From: an uncultured Gemmatimonadaceae bacterium
GTDB taxonomy: Bacteria > Gemmatimonadota > Gemmatimonadetes > Gemmatimonadales > Gemmatimonadaceae
DNA length: 64,000 nucleotides
NCBI GenBank assembly: GCA_963829055.1
Contig: CAWHHI010000013.1
Span: 26,478-90,477, forward strand
Reading direction: 5' to 3'
This document shows positions 62,602 to 64,000 of this stretch, piece after piece. The translations under genes were made by a program, and so were the position numbers. The notes beneath the pieces are model-generated. The model saw nothing but the letters and a program-made list of their open reading frames with translations, did not search any database and had not been told where the DNA came from. The number at the start of each line of letters is the position of its first letter. The stretch's first letter is position 1.

Positions 62602-64000
62602 ATGAGCTCCGAGCTTCGGGACCAGCTGCAAACGACACTGGGCAACGCGTACACACTCGAGCGCGAGCTCGGGGGCGGCGGCATGTCCCGCGTGTTCGTG
62701 GCCGTCGACACGGCGCTCAGGCGATCGGTCGTCGTGAAGGTGCTGCCGCCGGAGATGTCCTCTGGCGTCTCGATCGATCGGTTCAAGCGGGAGATCTCGC
62801 TCGCGGCGCGGCTGCAGCATCCGCACATCGTGCCGCTGCTCTCGGCCGGCGAGGCGGGCGGGCTGCCGTACTTCACGATGCCGTTGATCGAAGGCGAGTC
62901 GCTCCGCGCGCGCCTGACGCGCTCCGGCGAGCTCCCGATCACCGAGGCCGTGCATCTCCTCCGTGAGGTCGCGTCGGCGCTGGCCTACGCGCACCGGAAA
63001 GGCGTCGTCCATCGCGACATCAAGCCCGAGAACATTCTCGTGACCGAGCAGCACGCGGTCGTCACGGACTTCGGCGTCGCCAAGGCGATTCACGACGCCG
63101 CGAGCGCCGTGGATCGTCATGGGAATCCGTCCGGGCCGACGGACACTGTCCGCCGGCCTTGACCGAGATCGGATTGGCGTTAGGCACGCCGCGCCTACAT
63201 GGCTCCCGAGCAGGTCGCCGGCGATCCGGCGACCGATCATCGCGCGGATATCTACGCCTTCGGCGTCGTCGCCTACGAGTTGCTGACCGGACGCACACCG
63301 TTCGCCGGACGATCCGCCGCAGGCGATCGATGGCCGCACACATCGTCGAAGCGCCGGAACCGATGGCGAGCCGTCGGCCAGCGAATCCCCGCGGCACTCG
63401 CCGCGCTCGTCATGCGGTGCCTCGAGAAGCGGCCGGCGGATCGGCCACAGCACGCCGACGACGTACTCCGCGAGCTCGACGATGTGTCCGCTGCCGCGCG
63501 TGAGACGAGCGACTCCGGCCGGCCGTCGGTCGCCGTGCTCCCGATGGTGAACACCAGCGGCGATCCGGACAACGAGCATTTCAGCGACGGCCTGACCGAC
63601 GAGTTGATCGGCGCGCTGAGCAAGGTGGCGGAGCTGACCGTGTCGGGCCGCACGTCGGTGTTCGCGCTCAAGGGCAAGGGTCTGAGCGTGCGCGCCATCG
63701 CGGACACGCTGCACGTCGCGAACGTACTCGAAGGCAGCGTGCGGCGCGCGGGGGATCGGCTCAAGGTTCGCGTGCAGCTCGTCGACGCCGACGGGACCGT
63801 GGTATGGTCGGAGGCGTACGACCGGACGCTCACGGACGTCTTCGCCGTTCAGGAGGAGATCGCGCAGGCGGTGGTGCGCGCACTGGAGATCAGGCTCGGC
63901 GCCTCACGCGGTCCGCTGGTTCGTCCGTCGACCGTAAACCTGGCGGCGTACGAGCTGTTTCTAAGGGGACGATTGCTTCGCCGTCGATTCAACCCTGCCG
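62602..64000 (+). CDS. Ser/Thr protein kinase with TolB-like domain (frameshifted; truncated by window end)
   Basis: ELGGGGMSRVF, HRDIKPEN, DFGVAK; SVAVLP..N.SGD.DNEHFSDG; AYELFLRGR. Confidence 0.88.

Noticed and set aside
100..63184. CCTAACG as a systematic basecalling artefact
   Set aside because: Restoring common codons would need changes at different motif positions depending on frame (TTA, CCT, AGG, CTA), yet the readings keep sensible protein sequence; one recurrent miscall cannot do this. Not formally excluded without reads.
100..63184. CCTAACG as a Chi/KOPS-like polar motif or telomeric TTAGG repeat
   Set aside because: The strand split is about 35:33, and copies are dispersed rather than tandem (only one TTAGGTTAGG, at 9242)
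1..64000. CRISPR array, tRNA or rRNA
   Set aside because: No regularly spaced direct repeats with unique spacers, no cas genes, and no recognisable tRNA or rRNA sequence

Overview
GC-rich (roughly 68-70% by eye) bacterial chromosomal DNA. The gene content suggests Gemmatimonadota or a similar soil lineage (inference): four orphan ADOP-type ABC permeases, an Acidobacteria-type PadR, three YciI/ECF42-type sigma operons, two Ser/Thr kinases with TolB-like domains, and a TonB-dependent receptor. About 50 mostly accessory genes are recognisable. About 20 are broken by single-base indels, which looks like unpolished long-read error rather than true decay. I saw no rRNA, tRNA, CRISPR array, transposase or integrase. 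The strongest unexplained signal is the non-palindromic heptamer CCTAACG/CGTTAGG. I counted 68 exact copies by eye, about one per kb and about 10x the base-composition expectation. They lie on both strands, are written into genes through otherwise rare codons, and supply six stop codons. The intergenic space holds at least seven families of palindromic repeats; some are nested, some are mosaic, and some apparently donate start codons. Other points of interest: a candidate structured RNA leader before an ankyrin + 5'-3' exonuclease operon, an aldo-keto reductase/polynucleotide kinase/HAD fusion, a shared ECF42-type promoter that also precedes an ADOP permease, and an uncharacterised-type family B DNA polymerase.
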